This document shows, piece by piece, positions 8,988-16,738 of a stretch of DNA of 24,000 nt. The stretch comes from Candidatus Pelagisphaera sp. (GTDB lineage Bacteria; Verrucomicrobiota; Verrucomicrobiia; Opitutales; Opitutaceae). Within the stretch, counting starts at the first letter, position 1, and the number at the start of each line of letters is the position of its first letter. Both the position numbers and the translations under genes were made by a program. The notes below the pieces were generated by a model, which did no database searches, was not told the origin of the DNA, and saw only the letters and a list, made by a program, of their open reading frames with translations. The DNA lies in the NCBI GenBank assembly GCA_965655705.1, contig CBFHHM010000008.1, forward strand, positions 77,175-101,174, given 5' to 3'.

Positions 8988-10208
8988 ATGAACGAGGACA
9001 CGGACATGGAAGAGATTCGAATGAAAGTGATTGGCGTGGGCGGAGCGGGAACCAACATGGTGGATCGGCTCATGCTTTCAAATCCGGAAGGCTTGAATCT
9101 AACGGCCCTGAATACCGATCAGCAAGCTCTGGCCAGTTCGCCTATTCTGGAAAAGCACTGTATTGGAAAGACGATTACTCGTAGCCTTGGCGCTAGCGGC
9201 GATCCAGCGGTCGGACGAGAAGCGGCGCTGGCGGATAAGGATTTGCTGAAAAGTCTGGTCGACGGGGTCGACTTGCTTTTCATAACGGCGGGACTAGGAG
9301 GGGGCACGGGTACAGGCGTGGCTCCCGTCTTGGCTGATTTGGCCGCTCAGAAAGGAGCGACCGTTATCGTATTCGTAACGATGCCCTTCACGATCGAACG
9401 GGCCGCGAGAGCGGATGTCGCGAAGAACGGTTTGGAAAAGCTACGCGAAGTTTCAAACGCGGTTATTCCTTTGCCCAACGATTTGCTGATTCAGGAGTCG
9501 GAACCGGATGCGTCCTTGCTCGATGCCTTCTCGAAGGCGGACGAATGGATTGAAAAGGCGATCAAGTCCATTTGGACGATGATGAACCGGACCGGTCTCA
9601 TTAATCTGGACTTTTCGCAGTTGCAGCAAGTGTTTGCCAAACGGGCTGGAAAGACCTTGTTTGGGCTGGGCGAGGGATCAGGCGAAGGGGCTCCGGACGA
9701 GGCGATAGAGAAACTGAAGCTGTGTCCGTTGCTGCATACGCCTGAATTCTCTAAAAAGGCCGATCAGCTCCTCGTCAACCTCGTGGGTGGGGCAAGTCTG
9801 GGAATGAGCGAGACCCAGCGTATCATGGACAGCATTACGGATGCCTTCGGGAAGGATGCAAATGTAGTAATGGGCGCGGTGATAGACGAATCGATGGGGG
9901 ATCGCGTGGAAATTTGCGTAATTGGAACGAGCGATATTAGCGACATTTCCATCTTTCGAGGCCGGAAGCGAACCAAGCGGATTCCTACGACGGAAGAATT
10001 TGCAGAGCCGGAGAAGAAAGAGGTGGCGGAGCCTGGTCGCAAATCGAAGAAGGCGCGTTCGAAGAGCGCAAAGGCCGAGCAACACGAATTTTCCTTCAGC
10101 GAGGGCGAGCCGAGAGGGGAATTCGAAAATACGGTTGGCATCATTTTCGAGGGTCAGGATTTGGATACTCCGACTTACCTGAGAAAAGGCGTTCGCATAC
10201 CGATCTAG
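8988..10208 (+). CDS. ftsZ: Cell-division GTPase FtsZ
   Basis: Motifs: VIGVGGAGTNMV, tubulin signature AGLGGGTGTG, and T7-loop NLDFSQL. A basic disordered linker precedes the conserved C-terminal peptide DLDTPTYLRKG. The first glycine-rich motif reads GGAG rather than the more usual bacterial GGGG. Confidence 0.97.
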   Translation: MNEDTDMEEIRMKVIGVGGAGTNMVDRLMLSNPEGLNLTALNTDQQALASSPILEKHCIGKTITRSLGASGDPAVGREAALADKDLLKSLVDGVDLLFITAGLGGGTGTGVAPVLADLAAQKGATVIVFVTMPFTIERAARADVAKNGLEKLREVSNAVIPLPNDLLIQESEPDASLLDAFSKADEWIEKAIKSIWTMMNRTGLINLDFSQLQQVFAKRAGKTLFGLGEGSGEGAPDEAIEKLKLCPLLHTPEFSKKADQLLVNLVGGASLGMSETQRIMDSITDAFGKDANVVMGAVIDESMGDRVEICVIGTSDISDISIFRGRKRTKRIPTTEEFAEPEKKEVAEPGRKSKKARSKSAKAEQHEFSFSEGEPRGEFENTVGIIFEGQDLDTPTYLRKGVRIPI

Positions 10209-10428
10209 AGCTCGCCAGCTCTTTAGGCGTAACAGGAGTCATTGGAGATCAATTAATTGCGATGGGCGCATGCGGCCCTGGGCGACAATCGTTTCACTGC
10301 GATATGGGCCCTTCATCGGGCAAACCGTTCTTTGGTTCGGGCTTCCCATGGAAATTCCAATTCGAACTAAAAAAAGATTGGGTTTGGCAGGGTTTTCGCC
10401 CAATACGGAGGAAGCTGATGACTCGACT

Positions 10429-10938
10429 ATGATCTCCTTGATTCGCGATAATTGCGATTTCCTTCAGCAAGGAATCGACCTATTGGAACGGCATGGCCCG
10501 GAATCCTACGTCTATGCCGATCTCCAATGCTTTGGGTCGAGCATCGGTTCGCACATGCGCCATGTGTTGGACCACTACAATTCGCTAGTGGACGGGATAG
10601 CATCGGGAATCGTCGATTACGATGATCGGGAACGTCGAACCGCAGTGGAAACGAAGTTGGCGGAAGGGCTCGCTCTGGCCCGCGAGACGATCGATCGCTT
10701 GGGTTGTCTAGATGCGAATTTGGAGCGTAAGGTAGAAGTCATCGTTTCAGCGAATACCCGCGGTCGCGAGGCGGCTTCGCATTCGACGGTAGGTCGAGAA
10801 CTGCAATTTCTCGCCTCCCATACGGTGCATCATTACGCGTTGATAGCGATTGCGAGCCGGATGCAAGGTATTCATCCGGAAGATACTTTTGGAATTGCTC
10901 CTTCGACCTTGAAGTATTTGCAGATAGCGGACTGCTAA
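10429..10938 (+). CDS. DinB/YfiT-like four-helix-bundle protein (putative metal-dependent enzyme)
   Basis: His-rich helices typical of the DinB superfamily: GSHMRHVLDHYNSL near the N-terminus and LASHTVHHYALIA near the C-terminus. The ~170-aa size from ATG 10429 fits the family. The track ORF starts at 10270, but its first ~53 residues have no recognisable character, so the start is uncertain. Confidence 0.6.
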   Translation: MISLIRDNCDFLQQGIDLLERHGPESYVYADLQCFGSSIGSHMRHVLDHYNSLVDGIASGIVDYDDRERRTAVETKLAEGLALARETIDRLGCLDANLERKVEVIVSANTRGREAASHSTVGRELQFLASHTVHHYALIAIASRMQGIHPEDTFGIAPSTLKYLQIADC

Positions 10939-11669
10939 TGTGCACCGTTAGCTGGAGCGTCCGCGAGCAAGGGTATCGATTGTTTTTCAATCGCGACGAG
11001 CGAAAAACCAGACCGCGAGCGGAACGGCCGAAGGTATTGGTTCGCAATGGGTGCCGCTTGATAGCTCCGATCGATCCCGAGGGCGGCGGCAGTTGGATCG
11101 CTGTGAGCGAGAGGGGTGGAACTGCCTTTCTACTGAACAACTACGGAGCGACAGGATCGAGCTCTCGAGAAGCGACTTATCGCACCCGAGGCGAGATTCC
11201 ATTGAGGCTCGCATGTAGCGCCAATGGAGAGGAGCGCATGTCCTTGATTCGCGAATGCAGCAGCGCGGAATACCGCCCGTTTTTCATTGGCTACCTAAGC
11301 AAGGGGGAGTCGGCGATGTTTTTTTCCTGGGATGGTCGAAGCCTGGAAAGCATCGATTTGGATATGCCGTTTTATACTACTTCGTCATTCAAATCGCGAG
11401 AAATCGAGCCCTATCGCTCCAAACGATATCGGGATTACGCATTCAGCGAAGGGTCGAAATGGGCCTGGGAAAGCGGAATCGACTATCACTGCGATATCGC
11501 GCACGAGGATCCCGCCTTCAATCCGGCAATGTCGCGTTCGGATGCGGAGACTCATTGCATTTCGATCGTAACGGTTACGGATGGCGGTATCCGGTTCGAA
11601 TACAGGGAACGCGTTGGCGGTCGTTTTTCCGATGCGATCGAAACGGGATTCGAATCGACGGGCGACTAG
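10938..11669 (+). CDS. NRDE/TANGO2-family protein (Cys-N-terminal, Ntn-hydrolase-like)
   Basis: Starts with MC and carries the family-naming NRDE motif (LFFNRDERK). It also has GGGSWIAVSERGGTAFLLNNY and RTRGEIP, which parallel the eukaryotic TANGO2 segments GGTWLG...AALTN and RGRGEL. The start overlaps the upstream stop (TAATG, 10936-10940). Confidence 0.78.
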   Translation: MCTVSWSVREQGYRLFFNRDERKTRPRAERPKVLVRNGCRLIAPIDPEGGGSWIAVSERGGTAFLLNNYGATGSSSREATYRTRGEIPLRLACSANGEERMSLIRECSSAEYRPFFIGYLSKGESAMFFSWDGRSLESIDLDMPFYTTSSFKSREIEPYRSKRYRDYAFSEGSKWAWESGIDYHCDIAHEDPAFNPAMSRSDAETHCISIVTVTDGGIRFEYRERVGGRFSDAIETGFESTGD

Positions 11670-11675
11670 CAGCTG

Positions 11676-14246
11676 ATGAAACGGACTTTGCTTCTGATCT
11701 ATGGAGGGTTGTTGATTGTCTCGGCAAGTTGGAAGGAGTGGAATCCGCGTTTGCCCCCCGCTCTAGAGGGTCAGGCTAGCGTCGCAGTGACGATTGCATC
11801 GGACGAAGAAGCGATCGATATACGGTATTGGGATACGAAAAGGGAAGGGCTGGACGAGCGACCGGCGCTCGTTCTCCTGCATGGGAGTCCCATGGCCTCG
11901 GAATATTTCGATCCGCTTTTAGAGAGCTTGGGAGAGGACTTTCGGTTGATCGTCCCAGATCTCCCGGGGTTCGGCCGGTCTCGAAAACGTATCGACGACT
12001 ATTCTATCGACTCGCACGCTCGGTATTTGCGTTCCTTCCTGGACGCCGCGCAGGTAGAAGAGTATCACTTGCTTGGCTACAGCATGGGAGGGGGCGTTGC
12101 GTTGGCGTATACGCGGTTCGAAGCGGTGGACCCACGTTCTTTGACGCTTGTTTCATCGATTGGCCTGCAGGAATTCGAGCTGCTTGGCGACTACACTCTC
12201 AATCATGCGCTGCACGCGGCTCAGCTATTCGTCTTCTGGTCCTTGGAGTGGCTAACGCCGCACTTCGGATTATTGGATGGGGCAATACTGAACTACCGCT
12301 ATGCTCGGAACTTCTACGATACGGATCAGCGTCCGTTGAGGGACGCCTTGCTCGATTGGGGCGAGCCTGCCCTGATCGTCCACGGCGAACGCGATGGATT
12401 GGTTCCCTTTCAAGCAGCCCAAGCTCATCTCAAGGCGATGCCGCATGCCCAGTTCAAGGCCTACAAAGAAGCGGGGCATTTGCTTTCCTATCGGGAATCC
12501 GATCGGGTTGCGGAAGATATCAAACGATTCGTCTGGAGCGTGGAGACTGGAGAGGCGGCGCGGAGAAGTCCGATGCAAGAGGTGGCCCCGGAAGCCTTGC
12601 CGCGAATGCAGCGAAGTCACATGTTTATGGGAGCGCTCTTAGGCGTGGCCACGTTCGTAAGCGAGGACTTGGCCTGTATTGGGGGTGGTCTCTTGGCGAC
12701 TAAAGGAGCGACTCCGCTGTGGGTAGCCGTGACTGGATGCCTCTTGGGGATTTTTATCGGCGATTTCGCGATTTATCTTATGGGTCGTTTCCTGGGGAGG
12801 TCCGTGTTGGGGCTTCCTGTATTGAATCGAATTCTGTCGCCTGCTCGAGTGGATCGCTGCGCTCGATGGCTGGATGAGAAGGGACTCGTCTGGATTGTAT
12901 CTACGCGTTTCATACCAGGTACGCGGGCTCCGACTTACTTCGTTGCCGGCATGGTCAAGGCGGGACCGATGCGATTCGCCATGGCGTTGCTCGCTGGAGC
13001 GATTCTATGGACTCCTTTGCTTGTGGGGCTTTCCTATTGGTTGGGAGGCGCGTTTCTGAGCTTTTTCGAGGAAAGGGAGGGTTGGGCGTTGCTGGGATTG
13101 CTAGTGGTCTCGCTGGGATTGCTGACGCTCGCCCGGTTGTCGGTCGGCCTATTGAGCTGGCAGGGTAGAAGGCTCTTGTATTCCCGTTTCAAACGGTTGG
13201 CGAGATGGGAGTATTGGCCGATGTGGGTCTTTTATCCGCCCATTCTAATGTACGTATTTTGGCAAATGGTGAAACGGCGTTCAGCGACCTCGTTGACATG
13301 CGTCAATCCATGTATGCCAGCGAGCGGCTTGGTTTATGAATCGAAAAGCGAGATCCTGGCCCATTTAGAGCGTTTCGAAGCGCCAATCGGCCGATTCGCA
13401 TTGATCCCTTTGCGATGGGAAAGGGAGCGAAAGGGCGCGGCGCTGGGCTCATTCATGAAGCGAAACAATTTGAAGTTCCCGGTCGTTCTCAAGCCGGATG
13501 CGGGACAGAGAGGGCAGGGAGTTGACATTGTCCATTCGGAGCAGGAGGCCATGGCGTTTTTCGATTCGCAGCTGGAATCGACGGTTGCCCAAGAATATCT
13601 CCCCGGTAACGAGTACGGCATTTTCTACTACCGACTTCCAGGCCATGGAAAAGGCGAGATCCTTTCCGTTACGGACAAGAGACTTATCGAGGTCGTCGGA
13701 GATGGAGCGTCGCGTTTGGAACGCTTGATTCTCGCTGATGAGCGAGCGGTCGGAATGGCTCGTTTCTTTCTGGAAGCCCACCGGGATTCGTTGGATAGGA
13801 TTCTGGGGGATGGCGAACGCTATCGGCTTACCCAGCTGGGTACTCATTGCCGTGGGGCGCTCTTTCTGGATGGGGGTCACTTGCGGACACCAGAGTTGGA
13901 AGCCGCTGTGGACGAGATGAGTCGAGACGTGGAGGGATTCTATTTCGGACGCTACGATATTCGGGCGCCTAGCGAAGCGGATCTGAAGGCGGGTCGCAAT
14001 CTAAGGATTATCGAACTCAATGGATTGACCTCCGAGTCAACTCACATGTATGACCCGAAACATAGTCTTTTCTACGCTTACAAGGCCTTGTTTCGGCAAT
14101 TCGAAATCGCCTTTGAAATAGCCGACATAAATCGCGCCGCAGGGATAGAGGCCGACCGTTTCAGGTCATTGCTTCGACTGGCGCATTGCTATTGGAAAGG
14201 AATGCCGTCTGGACGAGATGGAAGCGAATCGCCAGCGCAGCGTTAG
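11676..14246 (+). CDS. Tri-domain membrane protein: alpha/beta-hydrolase + DedA/VTT (SNARE-associated) membrane domain + ATP-grasp ligase
   Basis: N-terminal anchor MKRTLLLIYGGLLIVSA. The hydrolase (~11840-12550) has LVLLHGSPMAS, nucleophile elbow GYSMGG, HGERDGLVP and EAGHLL. The DedA/VTT part (~12590-13120) has FVSEDLACIGGGLLA, GDFAIYLMGRFLGR and STRFIPGTRAPTYFVAGM, followed by further TM helices. The ATP-grasp (~13360-14200) has FPVVLKPDAGQRGQGV, EYLPGNEYGIFYY and FGRYDIRAPS...IIELNGLTSESTHMYDP. Confidence 0.8.
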   Translation: MKRTLLLIYGGLLIVSASWKEWNPRLPPALEGQASVAVTIASDEEAIDIRYWDTKREGLDERPALVLLHGSPMASEYFDPLLESLGEDFRLIVPDLPGFGRSRKRIDDYSIDSHARYLRSFLDAAQVEEYHLLGYSMGGGVALAYTRFEAVDPRSLTLVSSIGLQEFELLGDYTLNHALHAAQLFVFWSLEWLTPHFGLLDGAILNYRYARNFYDTDQRPLRDALLDWGEPALIVHGERDGLVPFQAAQAHLKAMPHAQFKAYKEAGHLLSYRESDRVAEDIKRFVWSVETGEAARRSPMQEVAPEALPRMQRSHMFMGALLGVATFVSEDLACIGGGLLATKGATPLWVAVTGCLLGIFIGDFAIYLMGRFLGRSVLGLPVLNRILSPARVDRCARWLDEKGLVWIVSTRFIPGTRAPTYFVAGMVKAGPMRFAMALLAGAILWTPLLVGLSYWLGGAFLSFFEEREGWALLGLLVVSLGLLTLARLSVGLLSWQGRRLLYSRFKRLARWEYWPMWVFYPPILMYVFWQMVKRRSATSLTCVNPCMPASGLVYESKSEILAHLERFEAPIGRFALIPLRWERERKGAALGSFMKRNNLKFPVVLKPDAGQRGQGVDIVHSEQEAMAFFDSQLESTVAQEYLPGNEYGIFYYRLPGHGKGEILSVTDKRLIEVVGDGASRLERLILADERAVGMARFFLEAHRDSLDRILGDGERYRLTQLGTHCRGALFLDGGHLRTPELEAAVDEMSRDVEGFYFGRYDIRAPSEADLKAGRNLRIIELNGLTSESTHMYDPKHSLFYAYKALFRQFEIAFEIADINRAAGIEADRFRSLLRLAHCYWKGMPSGRDGSESPAQR

Positions 14247-15016
14247 ATACTGGAGTCTTCGGCAATGGGGGCTCGTTCCGCGGTACTGCCTTTGATGCCT
14301 CGCTTTATGAATTGAACGACTTCATCGTCTTCCTTCAGGCGAATGCTTTGATTGCTGCCCGTATCTTCGCCGACGTAGTCCGCAACCGAGGCGGCCATAA
14401 TAGGCAAGTATTCGCGCAGGTCGTCGTTTTCGTCGTAGTTGCGTACGCGTACGCTCCAGATTTCCTGAGCGGGAATGTCGCTTGAGATGGAATCGAGCAT
14501 ATTCTCCTTAGCGGTCAATTCCATGTACTTTTCGTTCACGACCACAGAAACAAGACGTTCCTCGTAGCCTACCAATTCGCGGCTTCTACGTCCGGGAACC
14601 CTCACGGTGTAAGTAATGATTCGACCCGTTTTCGGGTCTCGCTGCTGGACCGTTTGGATCCGGTCCGGCTCTTGGATAGTTGCGAATACCGGTTCTTCGA
14701 CTACTTTGAATTCCCGTCGAGGCGGTTCCATGCCGTAGTCGACCTCGATTACCATGTCGGCCTCGGTGACCTCGATCGCCTCGTACATGCCCTTGCTTGA
14801 CAGGGCCGTTTTGATATACTCGACGGTTTCCTTGTAGCGGAGATCGTTGACGTCCTGCTCGGGATCGCGTGGCACGATCACGTAGGTTTCCGCATCCTCA
14901 ATCGTTGGGTTCTTGATCGCGTCGACCTGCATTTCGTAGGTCGTATTGCATCCCGCTAGGAGAAATCCTAGCAATGCTCCAACGATCAAAGCAGGATGTT
15001 TTTGGCGGGAGGTCAT
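14243..15016 (-). CDS. Lipoprotein of unknown function
   Basis: Canonical lipoprotein signal MTSRQKHPALIVGALLGFLLAGC, with lipobox LAGC. The mature part is acidic and soluble, with no motif I recognise confidently; a loose DUF4136-like flavour is not asserted. Its 3' end overlaps the convergent 856-aa gene by 4 nt. Confidence 0.7.
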   Translation of the reverse strand: MTSRQKHPALIVGALLGFLLAGCNTTYEMQVDAIKNPTIEDAETYVIVPRDPEQDVNDLRYKETVEYIKTALSSKGMYEAIEVTEADMVIEVDYGMEPPRREFKVVEEPVFATIQEPDRIQTVQQRDPKTGRIITYTVRVPGRRSRELVGYEERLVSVVVNEKYMELTAKENMLDSISSDIPAQEIWSVRVRNYDENDDLREYLPIMAASVADYVGEDTGSNQSIRLKEDDEVVQFIKRGIKGSTAERAPIAEDSSI

Positions 15017-15045
15017 GAGTAAGTTTTGAACAAAAGAGATTTCGG

Positions 15046-15645
15046 TCAGGGAGCGGTGCCGTCACTGGCGTCGATATTGCCTTCCGAACCTTCGAGTTCG
15101 GCGAGCTCCTTTTCCAGTCGTTCGATTTCAGCGAGGGCGTCCTTTTCACGCTCCTCGGCTTCATCCAAGGCCTTTTTCCGATCTATCGCCGCTTGTCGCT
15201 TGGCTTGAAGGACTTTGAGCCGCGCTTCGGCGGTCTCCGCCCGCCCGGACATCTCGTCCAATTCCTCGTTTGAAATGCGAAACCCCTCGGCTATGTCCAA
15301 TTCCTCCTGCAGGTCCGCCTTCTCCTTGTCGATCGCTCGCTTTTGCATGGCGATGGCTTGATTGTAGGCCCGTTGCTGAGCGAGCGTATCCTGACGTTTC
15401 CGCTCCTTGCCTTCCTGGATGGCGCCAATGGTAGCGCCGACAATCGCTCCCGCTGCCCCTGCGGCGGCAATGCCACCCGCATCTTGGCCCGTTACGGCTC
15501 CGCCTATGGCGCCCACGGCAGCGCCCGCCCCGGCTCCTTTAACCGTTTTGGAAGCGGCTGGCCCCGCGCATCCCCAATGAAAGGCGAGCAAGGCAAGGCC
15601 GACTAGCGTGGCAGCTGTCTTTCCGAGTATTTTCGACCGATTCAT
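15046..15645 (-). CDS. Secreted/lipoprotein with glycine-zipper segment and long coiled coil
   Basis: Signal-like N-terminus MNRSKILGKTAATLVGLALLAFHWGC; the Cys could be lipidated, but the lipobox is atypical. A Gly/Ala zipper follows (GAGAGAAVGAIGGAVTGQDAGGIAAAGAAGAIVGATIGAI), then ~110 aa of charged heptad-like helix (EKADLQEELD...LAEIERLEKELAELE). It lies 29 nt upstream of the 14243-15016 gene, so they are probably co-transcribed. Confidence 0.7.
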   Translation of the reverse strand: MNRSKILGKTAATLVGLALLAFHWGCAGPAASKTVKGAGAGAAVGAIGGAVTGQDAGGIAAAGAAGAIVGATIGAIQEGKERKRQDTLAQQRAYNQAIAMQKRAIDKEKADLQEELDIAEGFRISNEELDEMSGRAETAEARLKVLQAKRQAAIDRKKALDEAEEREKDALAEIERLEKELAELEGSEGNIDASDGTAP

Positions 15646-15877
15646 ACTATTCCTGTAAATTCACTACGCAATCGCTGCTTGGATTGGATTCGTTGTTATG
15701 CGAGAAATGTAGAGGTTTACCTGACATTTGTAAATCCGCTTTGTTGCTGTAATTTTTAACTGAATCCGCAACCATTCTATCGTCGTAGAGATTAACGTAA
15801 CGAATGCTGGAATTAATGCGAGCTTCCGCTTAGTTTTCGGAGCGATTTGCAATCCATTCAAGGGCATTGAATAAATT
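15646..15877. promoter_or_regulatory. AT-rich divergent intergenic region (probable promoters for the lipoprotein pair and the MotA-like operon)
   Basis: This 232-nt gap is the longest non-coding gap in the window and is visibly AT-richer than its flanks. It lies between divergently oriented genes. TGTAAAT occurs twice (15654-15660 and 15729-15735), there is a TTGGATTGGATT tandem at 15680-15691, and TTGCAA (15847-15852) is followed 17 nt later by AATAAA just before ATG 15878. Confidence 0.4.
15706..15734 (-). promoter_or_regulatory. Candidate sigma70-like promoter for the minus-strand lipoprotein genes
   Basis: On the minus strand it reads TTTACA, a 17-nt spacer, then TACATT, about 60 nt upstream of ATG 15645. 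This is a consensus resemblance only, and the host's promoter rules are unknown. Confidence 0.25.
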
Positions 15878-16726
15878 ATGAAAAACAAAGGGTTTTATTC
15901 CCGCGACTTCATGGTCCAGTTCCTGGGCCTCTTCGTTTCCATTATCGTCGTCACTGCCGTCTACAAAGGCTATATTTGGCCCACGGCCGACGAGGTGAAG
16001 ATCACCAACGAAATACGAGCCAGCCAAAACCCGGATGGAAGCCACGTTCCGGAGAAGTCGATCGCCTTGCTTCTAGAAAATGCAGAGCAAATGGCCTGTC
16101 TCATTCTTATGATGTGGGCGACGATCATAATCGTGTTCAAATTTCTCAAGCTGAGTGGGGAGCAGGCGATGGCGGACCACGCCTTTCTCAAGACGGCTCG
16201 CGGCGAACGAATCATTCCGGAAGACGCGTTAGCCCACTACAAAGAGGTGGAGAGTCAATTGAGACGCGCCCCGCGGTTGCGCGGGAAGATTCTCCCAGAC
16301 GTTATTCTGGCGGCCCTTCATCGATTCGATGCGACGCGTTCGATCCAGGATGCGGCCCACGCGGTAAGCGAGCGAACGGAAATGGCCTATGAACAGCTCG
16401 AGTCGGACCTGTCTCTGGTCCGCTACATCGCTTGGGCGATTCCGTCCGTAGGATTTATCGGCACCGTGCGCGGCATTAGCGAGGCCCTCGGGCAAGCGGA
16501 TATGGCGATTCAAGGCGACATCAGTGGGGTTACTTCCAGCCTAGGCTTGGCCTTTAATTCGACCTTCATCGCCTTGCTGCTTAGCATCGGGCTCATGTTG
16601 CTGGTGCATCTCTTGCAGTCGCGTCAGGAATCGCTGGTGATCGAGCTTGAGGATCTAGCGACCAAGAAGGTGATCGGCTTAATGAAAACGCCGACCAATG
16701 AAGAATCCAGTATCAGCTTTAGCTAG
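15878..16726 (+). CDS. MotA/TolQ/ExbB-family ion-channel (stator A-type) subunit
   Basis: The C-terminal half carries the family signature: YIAWAIPSVGFIGTVRGISEALGQA, then SSLGLAFNSTFIALLLSIGLMLLVHLL (compare A-P-x-x-G-L-L-G-T-V-x-G and the Thr-containing last TM of ExbB/TolQ). There are two N-terminal TM helices (FMVQFLGLFVSIIVVTAVY and MACLILMMWATIIIVF) and a ~95-aa charged loop before TM3. No SD precedes ATG 15878. Confidence 0.85.
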   Translation: MKNKGFYSRDFMVQFLGLFVSIIVVTAVYKGYIWPTADEVKITNEIRASQNPDGSHVPEKSIALLLENAEQMACLILMMWATIIIVFKFLKLSGEQAMADHAFLKTARGERIIPEDALAHYKEVESQLRRAPRLRGKILPDVILAALHRFDATRSIQDAAHAVSERTEMAYEQLESDLSLVRYIAWAIPSVGFIGTVRGISEALGQADMAIQGDISGVTSSLGLAFNSTFIALLLSIGLMLLVHLLQSRQESLVIELEDLATKKVIGLMKTPTNEESSISFS

Positions 16727-16738
16727 AAACGTTCGTCT

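Noticed and set aside
10207-10224. Hairpin AGAGCT-CGCC-AGCTCT followed by TTT, overlapping the ftsZ stop codon (possible intrinsic terminator).
   Set aside because: The stem is only 6 bp and the U-tract only 3 nt, which is too weak to call without transcript data.
10270-10428. Longer start (10270) for the DinB-like ORF.
   Set aside because: The extra 53 residues have no family resemblance, and DinB-family proteins are usually ~150-180 aa. The start remains uncertain, so this is a soft rejection.
11828-12703. 291-aa alternative-frame ORF within the hydrolase part of the tri-domain gene.
   Set aside because: It has an Arg/Gly/Ala-rich off-frame composition, while the overlapping frame carries complete alpha/beta-hydrolase motifs.
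15664-15888. 74-aa minus-strand ORF in the AT-rich intergenic region.
   Set aside because: It arises from AT-rich non-coding sequence, overlaps the MotA-like start, and has no start context or motifs. A small-protein role cannot be excluded, but nothing supports one.
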